DNA of 64,000 nt from Octopus vulgaris (GCA_951406725.2 OX597825.1:47368001-47432000), one strand, 5' to 3'; shown: positions 47,983 through 62,078, counted from the first letter of the stretch. Numbers and translations: made by a program. Notes: generated by a model not told the origin, from the sequence alone.

Positions 47983-50100
47983 GACTTTTCTATTGTACGA
48001 GTGATGCGTGGTGCAAAGTGCTGGACTGATCATAAGCTTTTGCGTGCCAAGGTGAATTTTATCGTCAAGCCTAAGGTTAGAGCAAATAATGACAAATTAC
48101 CTAAACGGATAAATTTAAATAAACTTAAGATTCCGTCAGTATGCAATGAGTTTGGGAGGGAGATAAATAATTTGTCCTGTGATGGAAGCTGGAAGTCATT
48201 CAAAGAAAGAACGTACGAGATGTGTAGTAATATTCTTGGCTTTGTTATAAAAAAAGCAACAAGATTGGTTTGACGATAATGAAGTTAAACAACGAACAGG
48301 ACAGTGGCTACATGTTTCAACGCAGTAAAAGCAACATTACAGCGGAAGCTACGGATGATGCAATGATAGATGCGATGAAATCCAAGAAGCTTCAAATGCT
48401 AACAATTCCAAACTTTTTTATTCTGTTTTGAAAATACTTTATGGACCAGTTTCATCAAAGGTTGCGGAACTTCGGAGCAAGGATAGGACAGAATTATTAA
48501 CAAATCCTAAAGATATTGTTGGGAGATGGAAAGAATATTTTGATGAGTTGCTCAATAGACCCACTGAAGTTGATCTCTCTTTTCTTGATAATATACTCGA
48601 GAGACCAACGGAAAACAGCAGAAGTTCCAAACCTTGTGAAATAGAATCAGCAATCAGAAACTGGAACAACGGAAAGGCCCGTGATATGGATGAACTAGGT
48701 GCAGAGATATATAAATATGGTGGTGATCATCTTTGTGCAATGTTGACGGATGTGATTCAGAGGGTTTGGCAAAGTGAAGAGGTTCCTCTGGACTGGCGTG
48801 ATGCAACTATGGATATACAATATAAATCTAAAGGTAGAAAGGATGGCTCTGATAATTATCGCGGCATCTGTCTGTTAGCTGTTGCTGGAAAGGTCCTCTG
48901 TAGGGTAATACTGGATAGATTGCTTCTGCACGTTACTGATAAGGTTCTACCAGAATCGCAATGTGGGTGTAAGGATAGTAGGAATACTATGGATATGATA
49001 TATTTGACTAGTCAGTTGCAAGAGAAGTGTATCGAACAGGATATGGTCTTATACCAGGTTTTCATTGACCTAACAAAAGCGTTTGATTCTATCAATAGAA
49101 TTGGAATTTGGGAGATCCTAAAAATGCTAGGATGCCTAAAAAATTTGTGAGAATGCTTAGAAAATTTTATGGCAAGACGGAAGTGAGAGTTAATGTTGGA
49201 GGTACCTTATCAGATCCAATTTCTGTAGAAAATGGTGTAAAGCAAGGTGATATTCCTGCTCCTACACTGTTTGCTATATATTACGCAATAGTCTTTCAAA
49301 TAGCTTTTAAAGATTGCACGGAAGGGGTCTATATAAAATATAGGACAACAGGAAAACTGTTCAATCTCAAAAGATTCTGTGCCAAAAACGAAAGTTCTGC
49401 ATTCTCACCTTGTTGGGTTTCTGTATGTAAATAATTGTGACCTGTCGGTACATTCTCAGAAAGATATGTAACACATGGTGAATGCAATTTCTGCAGCATG
49501 TGTAGCATTCGGTCGAACAATCAATCTTAAAGAAAACTGTTATAATGTACCAGCCCGCTCTCTCCAAGATGTATGTGAAACCTTTTATAACTGTGAATGG
49601 TCAAAGGTTGGAGGCTGTACCTAGATTTATTTATTTAGGAAGTACCTTGAGCACTGCTGGTGTTGATGACGAAATTTCACACAGAATCAGCAAGGCTAGT
49701 AGTGCTTTTGGTAAGCTTGGTAGGCGTCTGTGGAAACAACATAATATATCTTCACAAATTAAAGTTAAGGTATATAACACATGCGTTCTCCTATTTTTGC
49801 TATATGGAAATGAGGCATGGGTTGTTTACCGTAGGCAGGTAAGGCAATTGGAATGATTTCACCAATACTGTCTGAGAAAGATTTTGGAGATTAACTGGAA
49901 AATGGCCGTTAGTAATGTAGTGGTGCTTGAGAGGAGTGGCAGCAAAAGTATAGAGTCAATGATTTTGCAAAGACATTTGAGGTGGGAGGGGGCATTTGGT
50001 AAGGATGAGTAATGAGCGACTGCCCAAGCAGCTGTTGTATGGTGAGCTGGAAGATAGCAGGAGACCAGCGCATAAGCCTAAACTAAGACTTAAGGGTTGT
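47983..50100 (+). mobile_element. Decayed RTE-clade LINE
   Basis: CWTDHKL, RWKEYFDELLN, NYRGICLL, LPESQCG, FIDLTKAFDSINR, GVKQGDIPAPTLF, FIYLGS, RISKASSAFGKL, RLPKQLLYGEL. Confidence 0.9.
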
Positions 50101-50685
50101 CTGTCTCTCTTATGACGTCCAATTTCACTTGAAGTTGTATATATATTAAGATTCTTTATCAATGAGTTATCCTTATTGAGAAGAAACCGTCAAAAGTAAC
50201 CACCACATAGTATCACCAAACATTTGCACTACTTAACACCGTCCAAGTTAACCCTCTTCACCTTTACAGCAGACATGGAAAGCGACGCAAAAAGAGAAAA
50301 AAATTGATTGTCATTAAAACGTGTAAAATTTTGGGAAGCTTTAGTTACAGTTTCTCATTCAAACTATGTAATAGGCAGAATTGTCGGATTAGGACAGTAG
50401 GGCGATTTGAGGGAGATTTGGCTGCTATTTCTACCAGGTCTAACCATTATGTAGAAGTCGCCCTCATTGACACATACATACATATATATGCATAAAATCG
50501 AAATAAAATACTTAAAGTAACAGTCGTCAAATAAAAAAGCCAAGGTCGATGTTGTGTCATGGGCCCCAAAATTTCCCAATTCTTGCCTAATGCGAGCCCA
50601 GAGCAATCTCTTATATCTTACACTATTTCCGTATTACGCCTCTATTGTAATGTGATATAATACTTTCAGTTAGAATGAAATGTGT

Positions 50686-50751
<66 letters not shown>

Positions 50752-50792
50752 CATACATACATACATATACATATACATATACGTATACATAC

Positions 50793-50825
<33 letters not shown>

Positions 50826-50855
50826 GGAAAAAAGCAACAAGAATGGATTAAAGTC

Positions 50856-50939
50856 TCGGTACAATTGTTTCGTACGAGGACATCTTTAATAAGCTACAAA
50901 AAATGCAGTAAATATAGATGGCTCGTACTCGTCAGCCGA
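50856..50939 (-). ncRNA. Type I hammerhead ribozyme
   Basis: tcgg-CTGACGA-gtacgag…ctcgtac-GAAA-caattg-TA-ccga, with a long helix II. Confidence 0.87.
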
Positions 50940-51611
50940 AAAAACATCAGAGATTCCCAAACATCAAAAGGGGTAGATACAAATCTTAACTGCATTGAAG
51001 AAAGTTCGATTCCTGGAGATCCGATGAAAGGTCTTGAACTTACAGAATTTGTGCATGTCCATATATAGCTCATAAGGAATTGTTAATCAAGTTATGTGAA
51101 GAAATTTTGGATACAGTCGTGCGAAATTTCTGAAAATCCGAGTAACAATCTGTTCCTCTACAGAATAAGATTGTCATTTTGCTTCTCACTCGGATTCCCT
51201 GAAATTTCGCACGATCGTACCCAATATTTCTTCACATAACTTGATTAATAATTCACTATGAACTATATGAACATGCACATATTCTGTAAGTCCAAGACTT
51301 TTTATCGGATCTCCAGGAATCGAACTTATCTGTGATTCTTGTAAATTTCAATAACAATCTATTCCTCTACACGATATGACAGTCACTTTGCTTTTTACTT
51401 GGATTTTCAGAAATTTCGCATGGCTGTATCCAAAATTTCTTCACATAACTTGATTAGCAATTCACTATGAGCTATACATGGACATGCACAAATTCTGTAA
51501 GTTCAAGACCTTTCATCGGATCTCCAGGAATCGAACTTTCTTCAATGCAGTTAAACTTACACCCTCATTTGTATCTACCCCTTTTGATGTTTGGGAATCT
51601 CTGATGTTTTT

Positions 51612-51695
51612 TCGGATGACGAGTACGAGCCATCTATATTTACAGCATTTTTTGTAGCTTATTAAAGATGTCCTCGTACGAAACAATTGTACCGA
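51612..51695 (+). ncRNA. Hammerhead copy with a core mutation (CUGACGA to AUGACGA)
   Basis: Otherwise near-identical to 50856-50939. Confidence 0.65.
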
Positions 51696-51846
51696 GATTT
51701 TAATCCATTCTTGTTTGCTTTTTTCCTATTTGTAATCACCCCACTTGTCGTATGGTTAACACCATATAGATTTCCGGTGCATCCTAGTTAAGGACCATAT
51801 TCATGTGAATTCATAAGAATTCACTTGAATCTCAATTACTTAAACC

Positions 51847-51911
<65 letters not shown>

Positions 51912-52696
51912 ATGCATTCCAAAACGAATGTTTCAGATTTTGACGTATGGGGTATCAAAAGATACAATACTATTTCGGCTACGAATTAGATTTCATTTCT
52001 ATTCACATATTTGCATTTCAAAAATTTGACATTATGATCTTTTTCCATAAATCAACTATCGTAAACAAGTTATACGATGACGACACATTTTCTATATGTG
52101 TGTGTAACTTAAAAGACATCAATCGTCATGACACACACCTTCACTCACTCTTTTTCACTTTCTTTCTCTCTCTCACGCATACGTGCACACACACACATAC
52201 GCACACACACACACAAACACGTCCATTTCATATAGACATACATACATCTTTCACGTTCTTTGTTCTTTTCGCTTTGTCTACTTTCAATTACTCCTCCTTT
52301 CAAATAAATTTTACGGAATGAACGGGAGAAACACAGAAAAGACGTAATCTCTCTAGAAACAAGTATAAATGAATGAGGATTGTATATATATATGTTATAA
52401 AGATATGTAAATGCACATTTATATTTATGTATATATATGTATATATATGTGTGTATATATGTATATATATATATGTGTATATATATGTATGTGTATACAT
52501 ACACATATATATAAATATATGTATGTGTATACATACACATATATATAAATATATGTATGTGTATGTACACATGTAGATATTTATGTATGTGTTTACATAT
52601 ATATATATATGTGTATCTATATGTATGCGTATATATATGTATATATATGTATATATATATATATGTATGTGCATATGTATGTGAATATATATATGT

Positions 52697-52733
<37 letters not shown>

Positions 52734-52780
52734 TGTGTATATATATGTATATATGTATATGTAGGTGTATATATATATAT

Positions 52781-53075
52781 TCTTTTACTTGTTTCAGATA
52801 TTTGACTGTGGCCATGCTGGATCACCACCTTTAGTCGAGCAAATCGACCCCAGGACTTATTCTTTGTGAGACTAGTACTCATTCTATCGGTCTCTTTTGC
52901 CGAATCGCTAAGTTACCAGGACGTAAAGACACCAATATCGGTTGTCAAGCTATGTTGGGGCGACAAATACAGACACACAAAAATATAGACTCACATATAT
53001 ACATACATACATACATATATTTATATACATATACATATATATATACATATATATATATATACATATATATATATA

Positions 53076-53136
<61 letters not shown>

Positions 53137-53301
53137 ATATATATATACATATACGACGGTCTTCTTTCATTTTCCGTCTACCAAATCCACTCACAAGGCT
53201 TTGGTCGACCCCAGGCTATAGTAGAAGGCACTAGCCCAAGATGCCGCGCAGTGGGACTGAACCCGGAACCATGTGGTTCGCAAGCAAGCTACTTACCACA
53301 C
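52781..53301 (-). mobile_element. tRNA-derived SINE (family of 4543)
   Basis: Reverse complement of head, body and tail, with internal TA expansion. Confidence 0.87.
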
Positions 53302-53689
53302 ACGTACATTCTCTCTCACTTTCTCCCCGTTCCTCACCCTCTTTTACTACCCCTTTTCTCTCTCCTACCCTACACACTCATTAATACTATAAAAAAGAGA
53401 CGAATCCCCTAAAAAATTTCAAATCTGAAGAATCTACTAGAGTAGATGCAAGCGCTGATATATGATTTATAAAAACATGTGACGTTAATAAAAATCTGTA
53501 AATGTAGAACCATCCAGATTTGTGAGTACCTTATTTTTTCTAATATATAATACCTGTACATCACCCCCAAACCTTCTAATATATATATATGTAAAGATGC
53601 ATGCCGACAAGGATGGAGCTGTGGTGGTGTGGCGCGCGGACCTCTACAGGGCCGAGGCGCTCCGTCAACTCAATGCTTCAGTGTTGACA

Positions 53690-56600
53690 AACTAAAATGT
53701 TTCAATGTTGATAAAATAACATGTTTAAAACAGGTGTTAGTTTGAATGTTCATAGCAGTCAATAAAATTAAAACTGTATTTCAATTTATTTGAATGCACA
53801 AATTTCATTAATTTTAGTGTTGGTCGACAAGTCATACTGAAAAAAAAAAAGCAAGTGTGAAATGAAAATAGTAAAAAATATGAATTTGGTTTACAGTCTT
53901 TTTTAATCTTCTCATATAGATGCTTTCGCTTGTAGTGGTATGTTTTGGAATAGATGAATTTATAATTTTTTTTTTCCGCGAGGGGATCTGATTTTTGATT
54001 CGTTAGAATTCTGGTAACGTTTTTTGTTTTCCGTGGACAAACTTTTGTCGTTCTACTTGGTTGGTTTCCTTGTGGATACGGTCATAAGTCGTTCCGGTTG
54101 GTTGGTTCTCTTAAAGGGTCATTTCGTTGTATTCGCTGAAGTTCGGTTTTGATTGGGCTGTAGTTAGTTGACGTCAGCAACTGGTGTTTGTAGAATTTCA
54201 TTGGACTGGATGTAGGTTACGTCAGCAACTGATGTTTGTATGGTGGGTTGGAGTTGCGGTTTCTTAACCCGGTTGAAAGATTATTACTAAAGTTTTCAGA
54301 AAATAATTTTGTTTTTCCTGGTTGTTTTTTTTAGTCCTTTTTATTTTCTTTTTACTGCTTTTTCTTCTTTCTGAAGAATATTCAGCTGTGGTTTATATTT
54401 TTTAAAACAGTATGTTTTCCTTATTTAAACGGAATTGGGTTGAAGTGTTTCCAGTGCATTGATAGAAAGGGAAGATTTGGTATTTAGAGTTATGTCTAGA
54501 GTTTATGGAATTGGGTTGAAGTGTTTCCAGTGCATTGATAGAAAGGGAAGATTTGGTATTTAGAGTTTGGTCTAGGTGCTAGCTTACGGGAATTTTCCTA
54601 GTGGTAGGGTCCCGGATTCGTTGCCTGTTCCATCGTAAGTCTATCCCTCAAAGTTAAGGTGATTTGACCAATGTAGTCACCACCTCCACATTTAAAAACA
54701 TAGATTATGTTCTTCGAAGCATAGGTGAAGTCGTATTTTATGGTAAAAGTTTTACTTAAATTTGTATGTGGAGCAGCTCTCTAAGAGGAAGATGCAAGTT
54801 CAGCAGTTAGGGCAGTTGTACTTTTTGACTTTTTGGGTTGTAGTTTTGGTGGGTAATTTGGCGCTGATGAGTAATTTTTTTAGGGATTGCGGTTATCTCT
54901 TGCTTTTAATAATCCTATGTGTTTCTAGTGCCTTTTTCATTCGTGGGGTATATTTTGGTGGATGATGTTGTATGCTTCCATGGTTTTTGGATTCTGTGTT
55001 GATACGTAAGATAGAGTTTTAAGTGTTTTATGGTGTATTCTTGTTTTCCGTAAATCTTGGATGTCTATAATTTTTGCACGTTCTATTCCACTTTTGATTA
55101 GACTAGCTGGGTATTTTTTATCTAGTAATGTGTTTTTAAGTTCTAGGAGTCACCTTTATCGGGTTTCGGGATTTGATGCAATCGTGCAAATTCTTCTCGT
55201 TAAGTTGAACGGTATATATATTTTATTATGTTTTGGTTGGCAAGAGCAGAATAAAAGATATTGTTTTGAGTCCGTGGTTTGAAGAAGATGTCAATTTCAA
55301 TTTCAGTATATCTCTTTATTATTAAGATGTCCAGGAAGGGTAGTTGTAGGTGGCTGTATTCCATAGTAAACTGGATACTGTGGTTAATGCTGTTGATTAA
55401 GTTTGTATATTTTGAGAGTTGTTCAAGGTTATGTGGCCACAGGATGAAACAGTCATCCAAGTAGCGTTTCCAGTTGGTGAGTAAGTATTTTTGGAAGTTG
55501 TCTCCAAATTTTAATGTAGCGTGTTCGTATATTTGGATTTCTAAGTATACCATGACAAGGTTGGCAAAAGTAGGCACTACCCTCGTTCCCATCGCCGTGC
55601 CTGATTTTTGTCTATAAGTGTTCTCGTTGAAATTGAAAAAGTTGTTCTGTAGGATGAATTTTTGTCAGGAATGTCATTTGGGAATTTTTTCCAGCCAGTA
55701 TTGTATAGCTATTATTCCATATTCATGAGGAATCGATGTATAGAGGTTTATTACATCGAATAAAACCAGGAGGGAGTCTTTGCTGGTTTTGTACGGAAGA
55801 TGGTTTAAAAAGTCCAGATCATCCCATATAAAGCTCGGCATATGCTGGAGAATAGGTTTGAGGAGGACGTCAATAAAATTACGGAGTCTGTGTGTCTCAC
55901 AAGAGGGACCGGCCACAATTGGTCTCATTTTGAGATCACTCGGGTGCGGAATATTTATGACTATAGAGGTTGACTTGTTACAGGCTTCGTTTGTGCCCTC
56001 ACTTTTGTGGATTTTGGGAAATCCATAGAAGTTATGGTTTTGCAGTCAAATCTAGTTAAGTAGTCTGTCTCCTTTTGTGTTAAACCTTGTTGGAATTGTT
56101 GGATAACGGTAGACAGTTTGGTCATTATCTTGGATTGACTGTAGCTGTTGATTTTTCATAGTAGGTATTGTCTTGAAGGAGGGTTAGGGTAGTGTTTATG
56201 TATTTTTTTGAGTCCATGATAACTACAGAGCTCCCTTTGTCAGCTTCTTTTATAATTATGCTGTCATCCTCCTTGAAATTATTGATGACTTCCCATACTT
56301 CTTTACTTGTATTTATTTAAAATTTTCAGGGTAGGAGTAAATTGTAGGGGAAACTGGAGATCGAATCACCAAAGGTATCCAGAGTTTGATTTTTTTCCCT
56401 TTTGTCGGACAGTAGCTACTTTTATTGTGAAGAATGGATTGATCATTATTTTCTTTATCTAGTAGTTCTTCAGTGATGCGAATTTTTCTACAGAAGTCTT
56501 GGATATCATTTTGTATATCAATTAGGTTTGACCTCTGTGGTGTTGGGGTGAACAAGAATTTTGATTTCCTGGTTAGAAAGGGCTTTATGTGAGAGATTTA

Positions 56601-56930
56601 TCACCTTCGGAATCTCATATTTGGTTGGTGCCATCGAGTGTCCCCGTTTTGGCCCAGTTTGTCAAAAAAAAGTTTCTCTAGTATAGCGAGTGATTGTTCG
56701 TGTTAATAGTCCTTCCACTAACCCTTGGTCTACTGTGGGTTCTTCATTGTGGTCGGCTCTGATTGGGGTTGTCGTAATGGTTATATTCTGTTTGAAAGCG
56801 GTAGTTATTGTGGAAGAAATGCCTCGAAGGGGAGAAGTTCCTACCTCTTCCTTGGTCTTGTTCGAAATCTTCTCTATGTGAGATGTGTCTCGGACGTGGG
56901 GAGTTCGTATTTGTCTTAAATACATATACA
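53690..56930 (-). mobile_element. Decayed near-full-length Penelope-like element (RT plus GIY-YIG)
   Basis: KEADKGSSVV, FYGFPKIHK, RPIVAGP, FDVINLYTSIP, GTAMGTRVVPTFANL, WKRYLDDCF, LPFLD, IYVFKCGGGDYIGQ. A 61-bp tandem duplication lies at 54431-54567. Confidence 0.9.
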
Positions 56931-57084
56931 TATGTGTATATTCATACATATATATGTATGTATACATGCATATATGTTTTAGTTTCTCATTGTGTTCAAC
57001 GTGTTTTTGATGTACTATACCCATATATGCATGTATATATACATGTATATGTATATATGTACATATATGTATATATGCATATAA

Positions 57085-57397
57085 GACCCCCTTCGGTCAC
57101 GACACAGACCATGGGATTGCATCTAGAAAGTTACCCTCCAAGGGACAAATCCAGGCAATGTTGTTTTATGGAAGACCCATGCATACCGGCCTCCCCTCTC
57201 CACGCCACCAGTGTTATCCAAGGGATAAGCAACGGCCGATACAGCTTGGCACCTGTGACGTCGCAACTCATTTCTACAGGTGAATGAACTGGAGCAACGT
57301 GAAATAAAGTGTCTTGCTCAAAAACACAACGGGATTCGAGCTCACAACCTCACGATCGTAAGCTCGACGCTCTAACCACTGAGCCATGCGCCTTCAC
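57085..57397 (-). mobile_element. tRNA-derived SINE, third family
   Basis: Minus-strand head ggcgcatggctcagtggttagagcgtc…gagctcgaatcc (A and B boxes), then ttgagcaagacactttatttcacgttgctcc. Confidence 0.75.
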
Positions 57398-58084
57398 TTT
57401 ATATGCATATATTTATATATTTATATTATTTTATGATCGAACGCCACGCATTATCATTATCATTGATAATATATATATATCAGAAATATTAAATTTCTAA
57501 ATATCTCATAGAGATATGAGCGGTGGAGGAGCGATAGAGCGGTTGTATACTGCCAACTTAACGTGACAGTCTAATATATAAATCCCGTTCTGTCTGTTTG
57601 TGCTCTTATAACTCAAGTATTGTTGATCCGATCGCGCTGAAATTTTAAACATGGATACATGAGAGAGCGGTGCGCTCCTTTATTTAAAAAGATCTTCAAA
57701 ATTATCAGTTTCACAGTGAGAAGCGCTATTTTTGCAATCTTTTTGTCCAGTTTCTTCCACCATGCTGTTCATTAAATGCAACGAGTTGCTCAGACTGCAG
57801 CAACTTGTTGCCAGCGACATAGGGGAGTATGTCGCTGGCAAGAAGGGGAGTACAGGATGACAGTCAGCCAAAACCGTTCATAATTTTTTGTTTACAATAT
57901 TGAAAAAAATGTCACCAAAGAAAACGTAATCTCTCCATAAACAAGTATAAAGCAAGGAGGATTGAAGAAAATCGAAGGCGAGAGTCTGAAGAGAGAAGCT
58001 AGATGAGATTTTCTCAAGATCAGCAACTGCATGTTACAGCACTTAATGCTCGATCAATGTTTTAATGATTATACAGAGGTCCAA

Positions 58085-59274
58085 TAGAATAGAAGATGTA
58101 CTTTCCCTGATTATCTATGACTTCCTTCTATCTATTTATAAGCTTTTTACTCCCATCAATATAAAACTCTTTTGGTTTCAAAGCGAAGAACTCTGAAATG
58201 TCAGTTTCGACCCCTTTCTGGCTTGCGAAAAGTGATGTCCACCAAATGATTCTGTAAACTACGAAACAAATGATAGTCTGAAGGAGCAAGGTCGGGAGAA
58301 TTTTTTCCCAACCAAGCTCTTCGATCTTCTGTGATGTGATCTTTTGGAGTGTAGGGTCGCGCATTGTCTTGATGAAACATCACTCCTTATCGATTCAATA
58401 AACCGGGTCTTTTTTTCTTCAAAGCTTGGTTCAAACGCTCCAAATGCTGACAGTAGACTTGAGCATTGATTGTTGCATTAGGTGGTAACAATTCAAAGTG
58501 AATTACTCCTTTGCAATCCCACCAGATAGAGAGAACCTTTTTCCATGAAGTTCCCTTCTCGGTTGTGGTTGAGCTCTTTCCCTTTTACCAAGCAACTGTT
58601 TACGACGTTTAACTTTTCGATAGAAGATCCATTTTTCGTCACCAGTCACAAATCTATGCAAAAAGGGTAAAATGAGTTCGCGAAAATACAAAGAAAAGAT
58701 GCCAACTCGGGATTTGCGGTTGCTTTCGGACAATTCATGAGGCACCCATTTTCCAAGTTTAGGAAGCTTTCCAAGTTGTTGAAGATAATGATGAACAGTT
58801 CTATGGTTTACACTAAGCTTTATTGCCAATTCTTCAACTGATAATGCAGGGTTTTCTTCAAGTAATGCCTCAAGGAGCTTATCATCATACTGAACTGGAC
58901 TTCCTGTTCGATCTTCATCTTAAAGTCTAAAATCTCCACTTCTGAAGTTTGCAAACCATCTTCTGCAAGTTCTTTTATTCAAGCATTCTTTCCCATAAAC
59001 TGAGTGTATGTTTCAAGTCGCTTCGGTTGCAGAGCTTCCTTTTTCGTACTCATAACGCATTATGTGCCTCAAAAGCTCTTTGGATACTTCTATGTTAGGA
59101 TTTTAATCAAATAAATTTTAATTCTATTATTCTGTAAAATAATATTTAATTAGTTTAAATGTGCACAAATGCATAAAAATAATTTTTAATTCCATTAGAC
59201 ATTCTAAAATATTATTAGATTTCATTCAATTTTAAAAAGGTAAAATGGGACAGAACTTATGGGAATACCTGATA
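58085..59274 (-). mobile_element. Decayed mariner (Mos1-like), 3' end lost
   Basis: WVPHEL, VTGDEKWIFY, HQDNARP, SPDLAPSDYHLF. A putative 5' TIR tatcaggtattcccataagttctgtcc lies at about 59248-59274. Confidence 0.88.
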
Positions 59275-59332
59275 TATACAAACTATGCTATTTTAATCCC
59301 AAGGTCGCCGGGTATCTCTAGTAGTAGTAGTA

Positions 59333-59402
<70 letters not shown>

Positions 59403-59741
59403 GTGCAAGACGTCACCAATGGTGCAAATAACATGAAATACATGCTAGGAAAAAACGAGTGAAAGATACAAATAAAAATGGAATAGAGGACTAGTAAACA
59501 CAGAAAAGATCCTTCATCAGTTGTCGGTTGTCTATCAAGGGCTCATTTCGTTCATTCAACGATAATACGAGTCTTCAAAGACAGTTGGTCCCATAAACTC
59601 TAATTAAATTTAGGATTTATGGGGAATCAAAGTTAGGAACAAATAATGATAGTAGAGGCATTCAAGGAATCAGAACCAAAACAAACATGGAAGGTCGTTA
59701 GACCAGAATGAGAGGAAAACAGTGAACGGTGGGAGAAACAT

Positions 59742-59799
<58 letters not shown>

Positions 59800-59899
59800 C
59801 ATATATATATATATACAAAATAAGAAAATGGAGGAATAGATTCCTTTCAATCATCAACTTCCAGATAATATCAATTCATATAATTTATTAACTAATTAA

Positions 59900-60930
59900 T
59901 TAAATAGTTGAAATATTATTTATTATCATGTTTAAAGGTCTAACCGGTTTCACAATTTACACTGATTTTCAAAATAAATTAAAGCAGAAAGACGTGGTTT
60001 ACGTGGCAGCTGTTTTGCTTCTGACTAGTGTTTGATGTTTGCCTTGTTTTTATAGGGAGTTCATGGCTCAAATTAGTATGTTTTGTTTAGGATTTGATTA
60101 GTAGAAGTTAATCAGAAAACTGGTCTTGGAAATTTTAGTAGGGTTTCTTCTACGTCCGTATGTTAGTATCAGGTGTCAATGTTTGGTGACGTAAGTCGAG
60201 GCTGACACGGTTGACTGAGCATGTTCAAACAATTAATGCTCTGAATGTTTTCTTTCAATATTTTGTAGAGAATGATCAGATAATTAATATTATAACCTTT
60301 TGTAATTTTCCCGCTACGTCTGTGCGTTAGTGTCACACGACAGTATATTTTGCACCTAAAAAGAAGGACAGCATGGTTGAGTGAACAGTTTTAGTCATAA
60401 TCAAGGCACTCCAAATTTAATTTCTAAGTACCTTATGGCTAATCATGTTCACTCAACCGTGCCAACCTTCTTTGTAGGCGCAAAATACACATGACACTAA
60501 TGTGCGGACGTACTGGGAAAAGTACAAAAGATTATAAACTTAATCTTTTGTAAACATGATAATAAATAATATTCATTCTCTACAGAAAGCTTCCAGGCAT
60601 TGATTGTTTGGACATGTTCCATCAACCGTGTCAGCCTCAACTTACGACGCCAAACATTGTGTCACCTGGTACTAACACACGGGCGTAGCGGGGAACCTAG
60701 CAAAATTTCCAGGACCAGTTATGTGATTATCCTCTACCAATCAAAATCTTTTATAAAACGTATACTAATTTGAGTCATGAATTCCCTATAAAAATAGGGT
60801 AAGCTTCAAACACGAGTCAGATGTAAGACAGCTGCGAAGCTACGAGTTTATATGTGATTTTTTCAAACTTAGTGTAAAATGTGAAACTGGTCTAAGCTTT
60901 AAATATATTAATAAAAAATATTTTAACAAT
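59900..60930. repeat. Diverged palindrome of about 1 kb (centre near 60418)
   Basis: The arms align as reverse complements throughout, e.g. gaggctgacacggttga / tcaaccgtgtcagcctc and ggttgagtgaaca / tgttcactcaacc. Confidence 0.9.
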
Positions 60931-61016
60931 TCTCATTGCATTTTCAACTTCTTTTTTTCTATGTATGTATGTATGTATGTATGTATATATATATATGTAT
61001 GTGTATATATGTTTGC

Positions 61017-61056
<40 letters not shown>

Positions 61057-61302
61057 TACAAAATTAGAAAATGGAGAAACATACTTAAATCAATCAAACA
61101 TCAACCATATATATATATATGTATGTATATATATATATATATGTATGTATGTATATATATATGTATATATATATGTGTATGTATATATGTATGTATATAT
61201 ATATATGTATGCATGTATATATGTATGTATATATATCTATATCTATCTATCTATCTATATCTATATCTATACATATATATATATATACATACATACATAC
61301 AT

Positions 61303-61352
<50 letters not shown>

Positions 61353-61639
61353 CAATTAACCCTTTATTATAATTAATATAATCCTTACCAAATATGGTCT
61401 TTTCCATACCGATAAAACTACTAGGTGAAGGACTTCTCAATTACTTTCCATATATCATATCATAACAAACTAAAGAAATTAGATAATAGAAGAAACGCGA
61501 AAACGCTGGGAAGCCTGCATATAGAAAACATAGAGAGCAAACAACGGAAAGCATGAAACGGAAAAAAGAAAACGAAAATGTAAAAAGTAAAAAGGTAAAA
61601 GAGCTATCCTCCTTAGACTTTAAATGATAATCAGGAACA

Positions 61640-62057
61640 GGCGGAATTTTCCAATTCTTCCAAATACATTTATACATATGCAAGCAACCACTGGAAATTT
61701 CTGACCGAGAGTTCAATAGAGAGTTAGGCATCTTAGATCTGGACAGAATCTGCGCTCTTTCAGCCAAAGTCTACATTTATTCGATTCATTCGCACAAGGT
61801 ATGGTCTTCTCAATTACTTTCCATTTAATCACATGCTGTGTTTCGTTATCTTCTAAAGTCCATACATAGCTAACCAATTTAGTAGCTTTACTTTTGTCCC
61901 TATGTCGGAAGGAGGCTATGTGATTGGCATAGAGATTTTTAAATTCATCTTCACATTATCCAATATAGGTCTTCTTATCAGTTGTATTATTATTATTTAG
62001 GGTTGCAGTAACTTCTGCCTCATATATGATAGATTTAGTCATACCTTGTTGGTCAAG
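61640..62057 (-). mobile_element. PLE GIY-YIG fragment
   Basis: TKSIIYEAEVT…KKTYIG…EFKNLYANH. Confidence 0.65.
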
Positions 62058-62078
62058 TGGATGTATGTATGCATGTAG

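Larger units (their letters stand above)
50823..51729. repeat. Long inverted repeat with an HHR near each outer end and an internal tandem duplication of about 209 bp
   Basis: 50823-51143 is the reverse complement of about 51396-51729. 51144-51327 resembles 51352-51537. Confidence 0.92.

Noticed and set aside
57570-57680. Possible Helitron-like 5' end (tctaatatataaat…ccgatcgcgctgaaattt; similar text near 12990-13030)
   Set aside because: No matching 3' hairpin-CTAG was found, so the evidence is too weak to call.
59505-59560. CTGATGA plus GAAA on the minus strand (also ctgatga at 9296, ctgacga at 8631, ctgccga…gaaac at 29394)
   Set aside because: Consistent helices I-III could not be built around the core.
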